A stretch of DNA of 64,000 nucleotides. Origin: Pseudomonadota bacterium. Lineage in GTDB: Bacteria > Pseudomonadota > Gammaproteobacteria > Ga0077536. Shown piece after piece: positions 18,832 through 28,140 of this stretch. Every line of letters starts with the position of its first letter. Positions within the stretch are counted from its first letter, which is position 1. Made by a program: the position numbers and the translations under genes. The notes under the pieces were generated by a model. That model was not told where the DNA came from. It worked only from the letters and a program-made list of their open reading frames with translations, and ran no database searches. Where the stretch lies: positions 1,918 through 65,917 of the forward strand of contig JABISZ010000099.1 of NCBI GenBank assembly GCA_018668255.1, in the 5' to 3' direction.

Positions 18832-19176
18832 TTACGAGAACATCTTCTTTAAAAAGCTTAAAATTCCCGATTTTTCAGGTGCTTTGCTATTTCTTTTACT
18901 ATTGTTTTTCCTGCGAGCTTCGGCGTTTTCTTCAGCAGGCTGTGACTCATCTACTCTTATTTGTCTGCCCTCATAATCTGACCCATCTAGCTCTCCTATA
19001 GCTTCTCTGCCTTCTTCAGCATCAGCCATTTCAACGAAACCATAACCTCTTGATCTCTTTGTGCGTCGGTCGAAGATGATTTCGGCCGCGTTAACTGTTC
19101 CGTATTCCGCGAAAATCTCTTTTAAATCATCGTTTCGGGCTGAATATGGGAGGTTCCCAACGTAAATATTTATCAT
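18832..19176 (-). CDS. RNA-binding protein, single RRM domain
   Basis: MINIYVGNLPYS (RNP-2) and RGYGFVEM (RNP-1) motifs, followed by a basic/acidic tail. Confidence 0.85.
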   Translation of the reverse strand: MINIYVGNLPYSARNDDLKEIFAEYGTVNAAEIIFDRRTKRSRGYGFVEMADAEEGREAIGELDGSDYEGRQIRVDESQPAEENAEARRKNNSKRNSKAPEKSGILSFLKKMFS

Positions 19177-19318
19177 GACATTCCTTCGATAGGTGAAATT
19201 CCTAGAACAAGTGTTCTTAGTAAGTCTGTATTGTGCACGAAAAGCGCAAAAAAAACCAATGTGATAGCTTTGCGCTGGCGTTTTATACTTTTTGTAGGAT
19301 CTTTATGCTTTGCTAGAT

Positions 19319-20539
19319 CTAGAAAAAGGCTTGAATTCCCGTCTGGGCGCGTCCTAAGATAAGAGCGTGAATATCATGAGTGCCTTCATAGGTGTTTACG
19401 GCCTCAAGATTCAGGAGATGCCTAATAACATGATATTCATCTGAGACCCCGTTTCCCCCGTGCATATCCCGAGAGACTCTTGCAATATCTAGTGCCTTAC
19501 CGCAATTATTCCTCTTTATTAAAGATATTGCCTCAGGCGATCCCTGACCTTGATCAATCATCCTCCCCACGGATAGAGATGCCTGATAACCCAAAGCTAT
19601 TTCTGTTTGCATGTCTGCGAGTTTTTTCTGCACCAATTGGTTGGCCGCTAAAGGTCGGCCGAACTGCTCTCGGTTAAGTGTGTAGTCAAGCGAGGCATGC
19701 CAGCAGAATTCAGCGGCGCCCATTGCCCCCCAGGATATTCCATATCGCGCTCTATTGAGGCAGCCAAAAGGTCCTTTCAAGCCTTTCACGTTAGGCAGAA
19801 GCTGCTCATCGGAAACGAAAACTTCATCCATGACAATCTCGCCGGTTATTGAAGCACGAAGTGAAAATTTACCCTCAATTTTCGGGGCGGACAAACCTGA
19901 CATATCTTTCTCTAGAATAAAGCCTCGAATTATATCGTCTTCAGTTTTTCCCCAAACTACAAACACATCAGCTATTGGGGAATTGGAGATCCACATTTTA
20001 TTTCCGGTCAACACGTATCCGCCGTCAACTTTCTTCGCTCTTGTTCTCATCCCACCCGGGTCAGAGCCATGATCAGGTTCTGTTAGCCCGAAGCATCCTA
20101 CCCATTCTCCCTTAGCTAGCTTCGGCAAATACTTTGTTCTTTGTCTTTCTGATCCATAGGCATAGATGGGGTGCATCACTAAACTGGATTGCACACTCAT
20201 CGCTGAGCGGTAGCCTGAGTCAACTCGCTCTACTTCTCGAGCTATTAAGCCGTAATCTACATAGGATAAGCCGGCACCTCCATACTGTTCTGGAATAGTC
20301 GCTCCGAGGAATCCATGTTCTCCGAATTCGCGCATTATTTCTCTATCAAATGTTTCATGACGATGTGCTTGTAAAACTCTAGGTAGAAGCTTTGATTGGC
20401 AGAAAATGTTGGCGGCTTCGCTTAAGAGTCGTTCTTCTTCAGATAAACGACCTTGCAAACCAAGAGGATCGATCCAGTTGAATTTAGCCTCAGCAGTAGG
20501 AGCGATGTCGCTGTTAACACGTGCAGGGTGGGTTGCCAT
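19319..20539 (-). CDS. gcdH: glutaryl-CoA dehydrogenase
   Basis: 406 aa. Near-identical blocks to characterised GCDH: [77 protein letters not shown]. Confidence 0.9.
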   Translation of the reverse strand: MATHPARVNSDIAPTAEAKFNWIDPLGLQGRLSEEERLLSEAANIFCQSKLLPRVLQAHRHETFDREIMREFGEHGFLGATIPEQYGGAGLSYVDYGLIAREVERVDSGYRSAMSVQSSLVMHPIYAYGSERQRTKYLPKLAKGEWVGCFGLTEPDHGSDPGGMRTRAKKVDGGYVLTGNKMWISNSPIADVFVVWGKTEDDIIRGFILEKDMSGLSAPKIEGKFSLRASITGEIVMDEVFVSDEQLLPNVKGLKGPFGCLNRARYGISWGAMGAAEFCWHASLDYTLNREQFGRPLAANQLVQKKLADMQTEIALGYQASLSVGRMIDQGQGSPEAISLIKRNNCGKALDIARVSRDMHGGNGVSDEYHVIRHLLNLEAVNTYEGTHDIHALILGRAQTGIQAFF

Positions 20540-20872
20540 TTGAATCCTTTTGAGAAGTGTTTTTATAAATGAATGAGTCCGTTGCTAATATGGTTGATTT
20601 TTATTGTAACATTTTTTTGATTTGAGCTTAGCTTTCAAGTTATGACTTTTTTGCTGTCCTCTTTATTGGTAACATAGCGCAGGCTGTTTTGAATCCAATT
20701 TATTTTGAATGTTTACACGTTTAAACCATATAAAGTTTTGATCGTCTCGGCCAATGACATATTCAAGATTCGTGAGCTAGAAAAACCTCTGTTAGAGATC
20801 TACGGAGATTAAAGTGTCGTATAATCTGTTAACTGGATTAAGACCGGTTTTTCTTTTAATTTGGAGAGTTAC

Positions 20873-21625
20873 ATGAAGATTTTAGTCGCAGTAAAGCGTG
20901 CTATTGATTACAACGTAAAAGCGCGTCCTAAATCAGATGGATCTGGAGTGGAGCTAGCAAACGTCAAAATGTCTATGAATCCTTTTGATGAGATAGCTGT
21001 AGAAGAGGCGATTAGAATTCAAGAGGCTGAGGCGACCACGGAAACAGTAGCAGTTTCTATTGGCGTCAAGCAGTGCCAAGAGACGTTACGAACAGCCATG
21101 GCTATGGGAGTAGACAGAGGGATATTAGTCGAGACTGAGGAAGATGTGCAGCCATTAGCAGTCGCACAAGCTCTGAAAGCTATTGTCGACAAAGAACAGC
21201 CAGACCTGGTCCTGCTGGGGAAACAAGCGATTGATGATGACTCTAATCAGGTAGGACAAATGCTGTCGGCATTATTAGGATGGTCTCAAGGAACATTTGC
21301 ATGTGGTGTTGAACTCAAAGGCAATAGCTTAGTTAGTGTCCGAAGAGAGGTTGATGGAGGAATACAGACTTTGGATCTGAAAATGCCTGCAGTAATAACG
21401 TCCGATCTGCGACTTAATGAGCCCAGGTATGTGAAGTTGCCGAACATAATGAAAGCCAAAAAGAAACAACTCGATACGTTCACTCCCGATGAGCTCGGGG
21501 TAGACCTAGCCTCACGAATCAAGGTGCTTACAGTTTCTGAGCCCCCTGTTAGAGAAGGCGGTGTGAAAGTCGAGGACGTTAATCAATTAATAGATAAACT
21601 TCGAAATCAAGCAAAGGTGATTTGA
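20873..21625 (+). CDS. etfB: electron transfer flavoprotein subunit beta
   Basis: [19 protein letters not shown]... canonical EtfB N-terminus. ATG at 20873 (ORF-track TTG at 20861 possible). Divergent from gcdH. Confidence 0.9.
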   Translation: MKILVAVKRAIDYNVKARPKSDGSGVELANVKMSMNPFDEIAVEEAIRIQEAEATTETVAVSIGVKQCQETLRTAMAMGVDRGILVETEEDVQPLAVAQALKAIVDKEQPDLVLLGKQAIDDDSNQVGQMLSALLGWSQGTFACGVELKGNSLVSVRREVDGGIQTLDLKMPAVITSDLRLNEPRYVKLPNIMKAKKKQLDTFTPDELGVDLASRIKVLTVSEPPVREGGVKVEDVNQLIDKLRNQAKVI

Positions 21626-21626
21626 A

Positions 21627-22562
21627 ATGGCAGTATTGGTATTAGCTGAGCACAATAACGTGGCTCTCGGGGGCTCGACACTTAATGCAGTTAGCGCCGC
21701 TTTGGAAATAGGCGGCGATATTGACATTTTGGTAGCAGGCTTAGACTGTTCTGAGGTTGCTAAAAGCGCTTCTGGAATTAATGGCATACGCAAAGTCATA
21801 TGTGCTGACTCTTCTTGTTACGCACATTCTTTAGCAGAAGATCTAGCCAGTTTGATAGTAAAGATAGCGGGAGATTATGAACATTTTCTGGCCGCAGCAA
21901 CCACAACCGGTAAAAACGTAATGCCTCGAGTCGCAGCATTACTAGATGTGGGGCAAATATCAGACATAATAAGCGTATTATCGCCTGATACATTTACACG
22001 TCCTATTTATGCTGGGAATATAATTGCAACAGTTCAAGCTACAGACGATAAAAAAGTGATCACAGTTCGTACCACCGGTTTTGATGCTGCTAGCGAGACC
22101 GGAGGTACAGCAGTTATAGAGATGATCGAAGCAGCAGCGGAAAGCGGTTTGGCAACGTTTATCTCGGAAGAGTTGACTAAATCTGATCGACCGGAGCTTG
22201 CTGCTGCAAATATTATTGTGTCTGGTGGCCGGGGGATGGGTAGTGGTGAAAACTTCTCAATAATTGAAGCGTTAGCGGATAAATTAGGGGCTGCTGTAGG
22301 TGCATCTAGAGCGGCGGTAGACGCGGGTTATGTTCCTAACGATTACCAAGTGGGTCAGACTGGGAAAGTAGTTGCTCCAGACCTCTATATCGCGATTGGT
22401 ATTTCGGGAGCTATTCAGCACCTAGCGGGTATGAAGGACTCGAAAGTAATTGTTGCTATAAATAAAGATGAAGAGGCGCCAATTTTTGGAGTTGCCGATT
22501 ACGGTTTAGTAGGGGACTTGTTCAAAGAAGTTCCTGCGATGGTCGAGGCTCTCGACGACTAA
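21627..22562 (+). CDS. etfA: electron transfer flavoprotein subunit alpha
   Basis: 311 aa, MAVLVLAEH..., FAD-binding C-terminal domain ...IAIGISGAIQHLAGMKDSKVIVAINKDEEAPIF... Confidence 0.9.
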   Translation: MAVLVLAEHNNVALGGSTLNAVSAALEIGGDIDILVAGLDCSEVAKSASGINGIRKVICADSSCYAHSLAEDLASLIVKIAGDYEHFLAAATTTGKNVMPRVAALLDVGQISDIISVLSPDTFTRPIYAGNIIATVQATDDKKVITVRTTGFDAASETGGTAVIEMIEAAAESGLATFISEELTKSDRPELAAANIIVSGGRGMGSGENFSIIEALADKLGAAVGASRAAVDAGYVPNDYQVGQTGKVVAPDLYIAIGISGAIQHLAGMKDSKVIVAINKDEEAPIFGVADYGLVGDLFKEVPAMVEALDD

Positions 22563-22604
22563 AGCTAAGGATTTTTTTTAAAACTCTAATTTAGAGGCTT
22601 GAAC

Positions 22605-24236
22605 ATGGAAAGAGAATCTATGGAGTTCGATGTGGTGATTGTAGGAGGTGGCCCTTCTGGACTCGCCGCGGCGATTCGCCTAAAGCAACTTGCGGCCGCC
22701 AGCAACTCTGATGTCTCCGTGTGCGTTCTCGAGAAAGCTTCCGAAATAGGAGGGCATATTTTGTCTGGTGCCGTTATTGAGCCAAGAGCACTCGAGGAGC
22801 TCTTCCCTGATTGGAAAGATAGAGGGGCGCCATTAAAAACTCCTGCGGCAGATGACCGTTTTCTACTTTTGTCGGAAAAACGCTCTTTTCGGCTACCGAC
22901 TCCCCCGCAAATGCACAACAAAGGTAATTACATCGCTAGCCTTGGAAATGTTTGTCGATGGCTTGCGGAGCAAGCTGAAGAGCTCGAGGTTGAGGTTTAC
23001 CCAGGCTTTGCCGCAGCCGAAGTTTTATATGATGAGAGTGGAGCGGTGAAAGGGGTCGCAACTGGAGATATGGGACTCACAGCCGATGGAACACAAGGGC
23101 CTAGCTTTGAAAGGGGAATTGAGCTACATGCTCACCAAACAATTTTTGCAGAAGGCTGTAGAGGATCTTTAACTAAAGAAGTCTCTGAACGCTTCGAACT
23201 GCGCGTGGACGCTGAGCCACAAGTTTACGGCATCGGGATAAAAGAGCTCTGGGAAATTGACAGTGCTAATTTTGTGTCAGGGCAAATAACGCATACCGCC
23301 GGTTGGCCTATGAAGTCAGATACCTATGGCGGTTCTTGGATGTATCATTTTGAAGATAATTTAGTATCGATTGGTTTTGTGGTTGGTTTAAATTACTCGA
23401 ATCCTTTTTTAAGCCCTTTTGAAGAAATGCAGAGATTTAAAACCCACCCAGTGATTAGAGACGTGTTGAAAGGTGGGCGCAGAATTTCTTATGGGGCTAG
23501 AGCAATAAGTGCTGGTGGGTTTCAGTCTATTCCCAAGTTAGCATTTCCTGGTGGAATGTTGGTTGGAGATACTGCGGGTTTTCTTAATTTGCCGAAAATC
23601 AAGGGTTCTCATACGGCAATGAAATCGGGAATAACTGCGGCCGAATCGGTTTATTCTTCTCTAGAAGACTGCCGTACTAAAAAGAAAGAAGTTACAGATT
23701 ATGGAAACAATCTAAAAAAAACTTGGTTATGGGAGGAGTTGTATCGCGTCAGAAATATAAAACCTGCGTTCCATTGGGGGTTGTTTCCAGCAATGCTTTA
23801 CTCAGCGGTTGATACTTATCTATTCAGAGGGAAGGCTCCTTGGACTTTCAAGCATCGTCCGGACCACACTAGTTTGAAACTGGCGGCAGACTGCAAACCA
23901 ATCGATTACCCAAAACCTGACGGAGTTTTGACATTTGACAAGCTCTCGTCGGTTTTCCTTTCAAATACTAACCACCAAGAAGGACAGCCAGTTCATTTGA
24001 CCTTAAAGGATTCCACTGTGCCTGCTCGAGTTAATCACCAACTCTATGCAGGACTCGAAGAGAGGTATTGTCCGGCCGGTGTTTATGAGTATGTGCAAGA
24101 CGACGACGGTACTCGACTGCAAATCAACGCGCAAAATTGTGTGCATTGTAAGACTTGTGATATTAAAGACCCTACCCAGAATATTCACTGGGTCACTCCT
24201 GAAGGAGGAGGTGGGCCGAATTACCCCAATATGTAG
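22605..24236 (+). CDS. electron-transfer flavoprotein:ubiquinone oxidoreductase (ETF-QO)
   Basis: MEFDVVIVGGGPSGLAAAIRLKQ (FAD GxGxxG). C-terminal 4Fe-4S ferredoxin-like CPAGVYEY...CVHCKTCDIKDP. Start ATG 22605 with AGAGG RBS (ORF-track TTG at 22599). Confidence 0.9.
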   Translation: MERESMEFDVVIVGGGPSGLAAAIRLKQLAAASNSDVSVCVLEKASEIGGHILSGAVIEPRALEELFPDWKDRGAPLKTPAADDRFLLLSEKRSFRLPTPPQMHNKGNYIASLGNVCRWLAEQAEELEVEVYPGFAAAEVLYDESGAVKGVATGDMGLTADGTQGPSFERGIELHAHQTIFAEGCRGSLTKEVSERFELRVDAEPQVYGIGIKELWEIDSANFVSGQITHTAGWPMKSDTYGGSWMYHFEDNLVSIGFVVGLNYSNPFLSPFEEMQRFKTHPVIRDVLKGGRRISYGARAISAGGFQSIPKLAFPGGMLVGDTAGFLNLPKIKGSHTAMKSGITAAESVYSSLEDCRTKKKEVTDYGNNLKKTWLWEELYRVRNIKPAFHWGLFPAMLYSAVDTYLFRGKAPWTFKHRPDHTSLKLAADCKPIDYPKPDGVLTFDKLSSVFLSNTNHQEGQPVHLTLKDSTVPARVNHQLYAGLEERYCPAGVYEYVQDDDGTRLQINAQNCVHCKTCDIKDPTQNIHWVTPEGGGGPNYPNM

Positions 24237-24244
24237 GATGTATA

Positions 24245-24568
24245 ATGACCAAAGTAACATTTCGACAGCCTGACGGCGTGGAATCGACTATAGAAGTTCC
24301 TGATGGTTGGAGCCTGATGGAAGCTGCGATGCAGAATGATATAGACGGACTTCTAGCTGAGTGCGGGGGTGGGTGTGCTTGCGCCACATGTCACGTTTAT
24401 GTGGAAGAGTTAGAGCTATCCGGCCTTGAAGAGATCAGTGATATGGAAGCAGATATGTTGGAATGTGTGTCTTCAGAGCGTCGACCAGAGTCACGATTGA
24501 GCTGTCAACTTCGGATGTCTGAGGAATCTAAAGATCTTGTTGTTTTGATTCCTGAGAGTCAGATTTAG
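24245..24568 (+). CDS. 2Fe-2S ferredoxin, adrenodoxin/putidaredoxin type
   Basis: 107 aa. Cys ligands in ...ECGGGCACATCHVYV... and a later C...C; vertebrate-type [2Fe-2S] fold. Starts 9 nt after ETF-QO. Confidence 0.85.
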   Translation: MTKVTFRQPDGVESTIEVPDGWSLMEAAMQNDIDGLLAECGGGCACATCHVYVEELELSGLEEISDMEADMLECVSSERRPESRLSCQLRMSEESKDLVVLIPESQI

Positions 24569-24577
24569 TAAGCTTTC

Positions 24578-25822
24578 ATGTCAAAAGAAATTTTTATTGT
24601 GGTTGGCGCTGGTCAGGCAGGATTGCAGATCTGTACAGCTCTTCGCGCAAGTGGGTTTGAAGGTCGTCTTATCCTAATCGGTGAGGAGAGTAGTCTGCCT
24701 TATCAGAGGCCACCGCTTAGTAAAGAATTTCTGTTAGGTGAACTGGACCCAGAGAGGTTGCTGTACCGTAAACCAGAGTATTTTGAAAAGCTAAGTGTGG
24801 AGCTTACTTTGGATGATGCTGTCGAGAAGCTAGATGCGTCACGCTGCACTATATCGCTTAGATCCGGCCGTACTTTAAAGTATTCGAAACTTGCCTTAGC
24901 AACTGGTGCCCGAGTAAGAGCATTACGGTGCGTAGGGTCGGATTCGCCGGACGTTTACTATATCAGGACGCTTGCTGATAGCTTAAATTTAAGAGAACGG
25001 CTCCAGACGGCGAAGAGCATGGTGGTCGTGGGGGGAGGTTTCATAGGTCTTGAAACTGGTGCAATGGCTTGTAAAATGGGTAAAAAAGTGAGTGTTGTGG
25101 AAGCCTCAGAGCGTTTAATGAAGCGCGCGATTTCCCCCGAGCTTTCGGAGTATTATCTTTCTCTTCACAGTGAAAAAGGGGTTGATGTAAGAGTTGGATG
25201 CGAGGTATCCCATTTGGAGCAACATCAACATGGTTTGACTGTGGTGCCAAAAACTGGCGAGTCCATTAGCGCTGATATTGTATTAGTTGGCATCGGTGTG
25301 GTGCCAAATTCAGAGATAGCGGAGAGCGCTGGATTGGAATGTGCTAACGGAATTCTGGTGAACGAAAAATGCCTGACCAGCGATGCGAACATCGTAGCTG
25401 CTGGGGATTGCACTATGCACCAAAACCAGTTTCTGGAAAAAACTGTCCGGCTTGAATCTATTCAAAATGCCGTAGATCAGGCTAAGGTTGCCGCATCTAG
25501 TATGTTAGGAGGCAATCAAACGTACGATCAAGTACCGTGGTTTTGGTCTGATCAATACGATGTGACATTGCAGATAGCGGGTGTTTCTAGAAGCTATGAT
25601 AATCATGTCCGGTTATGTGGAAAAAACGAGAATAGTTTTTCATTCTTTTATTTCAGAGGGAATGAATTGTTAGGGGTCGATTCAATTAATCATCCAGTCA
25701 TGCATATGGCAGCTCGCAAAATATTGCAAAGAAAAATTGGTGATGGAGCCAGTATCCTTAAAAGTATGACAGTCGATGAAATTGCTGCTTTTTCTAAGGC
25801 TAAGCCGACTGTCTCTCCTTAG
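24578..25822 (+). CDS. NAD(P)H-dependent ferredoxin reductase (FAD pyridine-nucleotide-disulfide oxidoreductase, putidaredoxin-reductase-like)
   Basis: IVVGAGQAGLQ (FAD), VVVGGGFIGLE (NAD), about 410 aa with a C-terminal reductase dimerisation domain. Confidence 0.85.
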   Translation: MSKEIFIVVGAGQAGLQICTALRASGFEGRLILIGEESSLPYQRPPLSKEFLLGELDPERLLYRKPEYFEKLSVELTLDDAVEKLDASRCTISLRSGRTLKYSKLALATGARVRALRCVGSDSPDVYYIRTLADSLNLRERLQTAKSMVVVGGGFIGLETGAMACKMGKKVSVVEASERLMKRAISPELSEYYLSLHSEKGVDVRVGCEVSHLEQHQHGLTVVPKTGESISADIVLVGIGVVPNSEIAESAGLECANGILVNEKCLTSDANIVAAGDCTMHQNQFLEKTVRLESIQNAVDQAKVAASSMLGGNQTYDQVPWFWSDQYDVTLQIAGVSRSYDNHVRLCGKNENSFSFFYFRGNELLGVDSINHPVMHMAARKILQRKIGDGASILKSMTVDEIAAFSKAKPTVSP

Positions 25823-25936
25823 TAAGTGTCTAAATAATCGAGGGACTAAGACATCGAATCCAGTTCCGAAGACCAAACTATCCAACTGGTATAAGTTCTC
25901 GTGTGTCTGCATTCCATGGGGATTTATGACAACAAT

Positions 25937-26965
25937 TTAGGGTTTTTCCGATTTGAAGTGCGGCATGACTTCCTCAGCAAATAAGGACAGGTGTTCTGTC
26001 ATCTTGGTGACAGGGTATCCTGGCGGGACAGTCCAAGTATAGTATCTTTGTATTCCAGCGCTTTCCACGTAATCACCAACTAAATCACAGGCTTGTTGAG
26101 GAGAAACGCAGTTTAGTATTCCCAACTGCTTGAGGTCGTCTGGCGTTTTTACCACTGGGAATAGAGCTTGGCTAGCTTCACCAAGCCATTTGTTGTAGGT
26201 CTCAATCTGATATAGTACGTGCGGAGCGATTTCCGAAAAAGTTTTGTCTGGGGTTCTACTGGCTACTAGCCAAAAGTGCCCCCCCGCAAGTTGTGGCTCG
26301 CCGGTCCGTCCAAGTCTATGCCATTCATCTCGGAAAATTTTCGCCTGCTCAGTCATTTCTCCTGTACCTATATAGCCATCCCCCAGACGAGCGGCTCTTT
26401 TCGCAGCAGCAGGTGCGAAGCCACCGACCCACAAAGGTGGAGAGGGCTTTTGTAAAGGCTTAGGCTCGATAAAAGCATTTTTTAAAGAGTAATGTTTGCC
26501 TTCAAAATTGACGAGCTTTTCCGTCCAAAGCTGTTTTATGACTTGTAACCCCTCGTTTATCAAGGAGGCTCTGTCCGAAAGACTAACACCTAACGCTTCA
26601 AATTCTTGTGGTCTGTATCCAATACCAACACCAAGCTCGAATCTGCCGTTTGACAGAATATCAATAGTAGCTGTGTCCTCAGCTATCCGCACAGCGTTAT
26701 GCAGCGGTAGCAAGAGGACTCCAGTTCCGATACGTATTTTTTTTGTTAATACAGCAATAGCTGATGCCAAAGGGAGAATCGACGGGGAGTGACCATCTTC
26801 ACAAAGATGGTGCTCAGTAAGCCACACGTCGTCATACCCTAAATCTTCACACTGTATTATTTGGTTTAAATGGTCTTGGTATAGGTCATGATAATCTGTT
26901 CGCCACTGTTCCGGGTTTCGAAATGAGTACCAGAGACCAAAGTCTAGATTTTTCGCATTACTCAT
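25937..26965 (-). CDS. LLM-class (luciferase-like) flavin-dependent monooxygenase
   Basis: 342 aa. ...LGYDDVWLTEHHLCEDGHSPS..., ...LGVGIGYRPQEF... Fourth LLM paralogue in the window. Confidence 0.85.
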   Translation of the reverse strand: MSNAKNLDFGLWYSFRNPEQWRTDYHDLYQDHLNQIIQCEDLGYDDVWLTEHHLCEDGHSPSILPLASAIAVLTKKIRIGTGVLLLPLHNAVRIAEDTATIDILSNGRFELGVGIGYRPQEFEALGVSLSDRASLINEGLQVIKQLWTEKLVNFEGKHYSLKNAFIEPKPLQKPSPPLWVGGFAPAAAKRAARLGDGYIGTGEMTEQAKIFRDEWHRLGRTGEPQLAGGHFWLVASRTPDKTFSEIAPHVLYQIETYNKWLGEASQALFPVVKTPDDLKQLGILNCVSPQQACDLVGDYVESAGIQRYYTWTVPPGYPVTKMTEHLSLFAEEVMPHFKSEKP

Positions 26966-26988
26966 GAAAAGTTACCTGCTTATTTTTC

Positions 26989-28053
26989 TTATCTAGATTC
27001 TTTACGCTTGGTTACTACTGCATTGGCCAATTTTTCCAATAGAGGCTCAGTTTGGTTCCAAGATAGGCAAGCATCAGTAATACTTTGTCCGTACTTAAGG
27101 CTATCAAGATTAGAATGACTCTGCTTTCCTTCTTCTAAGTGACTTTCTATCATTACTCCGAAAATCCCGTGGGAGCCTTCCGCCACCTGAGTAGAGATAT
27201 CCTCAATGACATTTGGTTGGGCTAGGTGGTTTTTTCTGCTATTGCCATGGCTAGCATCTATCATTATACGGCTAGACAAGTCGGAGCTCTGGAGAAGATG
27301 GGCCGTTTGAGCAACAGATTTTTTGTCGTAGTTAGGACCTGAATTGGAACCTCTTAAAATAACGTGACAGTGTTTGTTCCCTTTGGTTTCCACTATTGCA
27401 GCCAGTCCATGCTTGGTAATAGATAAGAAGTGGTGACAGTGTTTCGCGGCTCCGATAGCATCAACAGCGACTTGAATATTACCATCTGTCCCATTTTTAA
27501 AGCCGATGGGCATAGATGAGCCTGATGCTAACTCGCGATGTATTTGAGATTCAGTTGTACGCGCTCCAATTGCCCCCCAGGATATTAAATCGGCTATAAA
27601 CTGCGGCGTTACGACATCTAAAAATTCACTACCAGCTGGGATTCCTTCGTCCGCAAGATCAAGCAAGAGGCGTCTCGCTAAGCGAAGACCTTTGTTCACA
27701 TCAAAAGTGTTATCTAATCCAGGATCGTTAATCAGACCTTTCCAGCCTATTGTTGTCCGGGGCTTCTCAAAGTAGACCCGCATTACGACCAAAAGCTCGT
27801 TTGTATAAGAACTGGCTAAAGCATTTAGACGCGATCCGTACTCTAAAGCAGCTGCTGTGTCATGTATAGAACACGGCCCTACTACTACCATAAGCCGATC
27901 GTCTGAGCCCTCTATTATGGCTTTGGCTTGAGTCCTAGCTCTTGCGACAGTATGAGAGGCGACCTCTGAAGTAGGCAACTCCTCCATCAGCACGGCTGCA
28001 GAGATCAAAGGACTGTAACCGGCGATACTTTGGTCGTCGGTGCTTTCTAACAT
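26989..28053 (-). CDS. 3-deoxy-7-phosphoheptulonate (DAHP) synthase, class I (AroG/F/H type)
   Basis: ...DDRLMVVVGPCSIHD..., ...IGARTTESQIHRELASG..., KNGTDG, matching E. coli-type DAHP synthases throughout. Confidence 0.9.
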   Translation of the reverse strand: MLESTDDQSIAGYSPLISAAVLMEELPTSEVASHTVARARTQAKAIIEGSDDRLMVVVGPCSIHDTAAALEYGSRLNALASSYTNELLVVMRVYFEKPRTTIGWKGLINDPGLDNTFDVNKGLRLARRLLLDLADEGIPAGSEFLDVVTPQFIADLISWGAIGARTTESQIHRELASGSSMPIGFKNGTDGNIQVAVDAIGAAKHCHHFLSITKHGLAAIVETKGNKHCHVILRGSNSGPNYDKKSVAQTAHLLQSSDLSSRIMIDASHGNSRKNHLAQPNVIEDISTQVAEGSHGIFGVMIESHLEEGKQSHSNLDSLKYGQSITDACLSWNQTEPLLEKLANAVVTKRKESR

Positions 28054-28140
28054 GTTTCATTCTCCGTATTTGGTTAGCTCGAGACGGATAGTATGGGAAC
28101 ACAGGTCTAATTTCTATCAAACCTTTAGATATATTATATA

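Noticed and set aside
20797-20825. Sigma70 promoter upstream of etfB (TATAAT at 20820..20825)
   Set aside because: The -10 hexamer is perfect, but no acceptable -35 (TTGACA-like) lies at 16 to 18 nt spacing, so I did not list it as a feature. It remains a plausible promoter for the etfBA-ETFQO-fdx-fdR operon.
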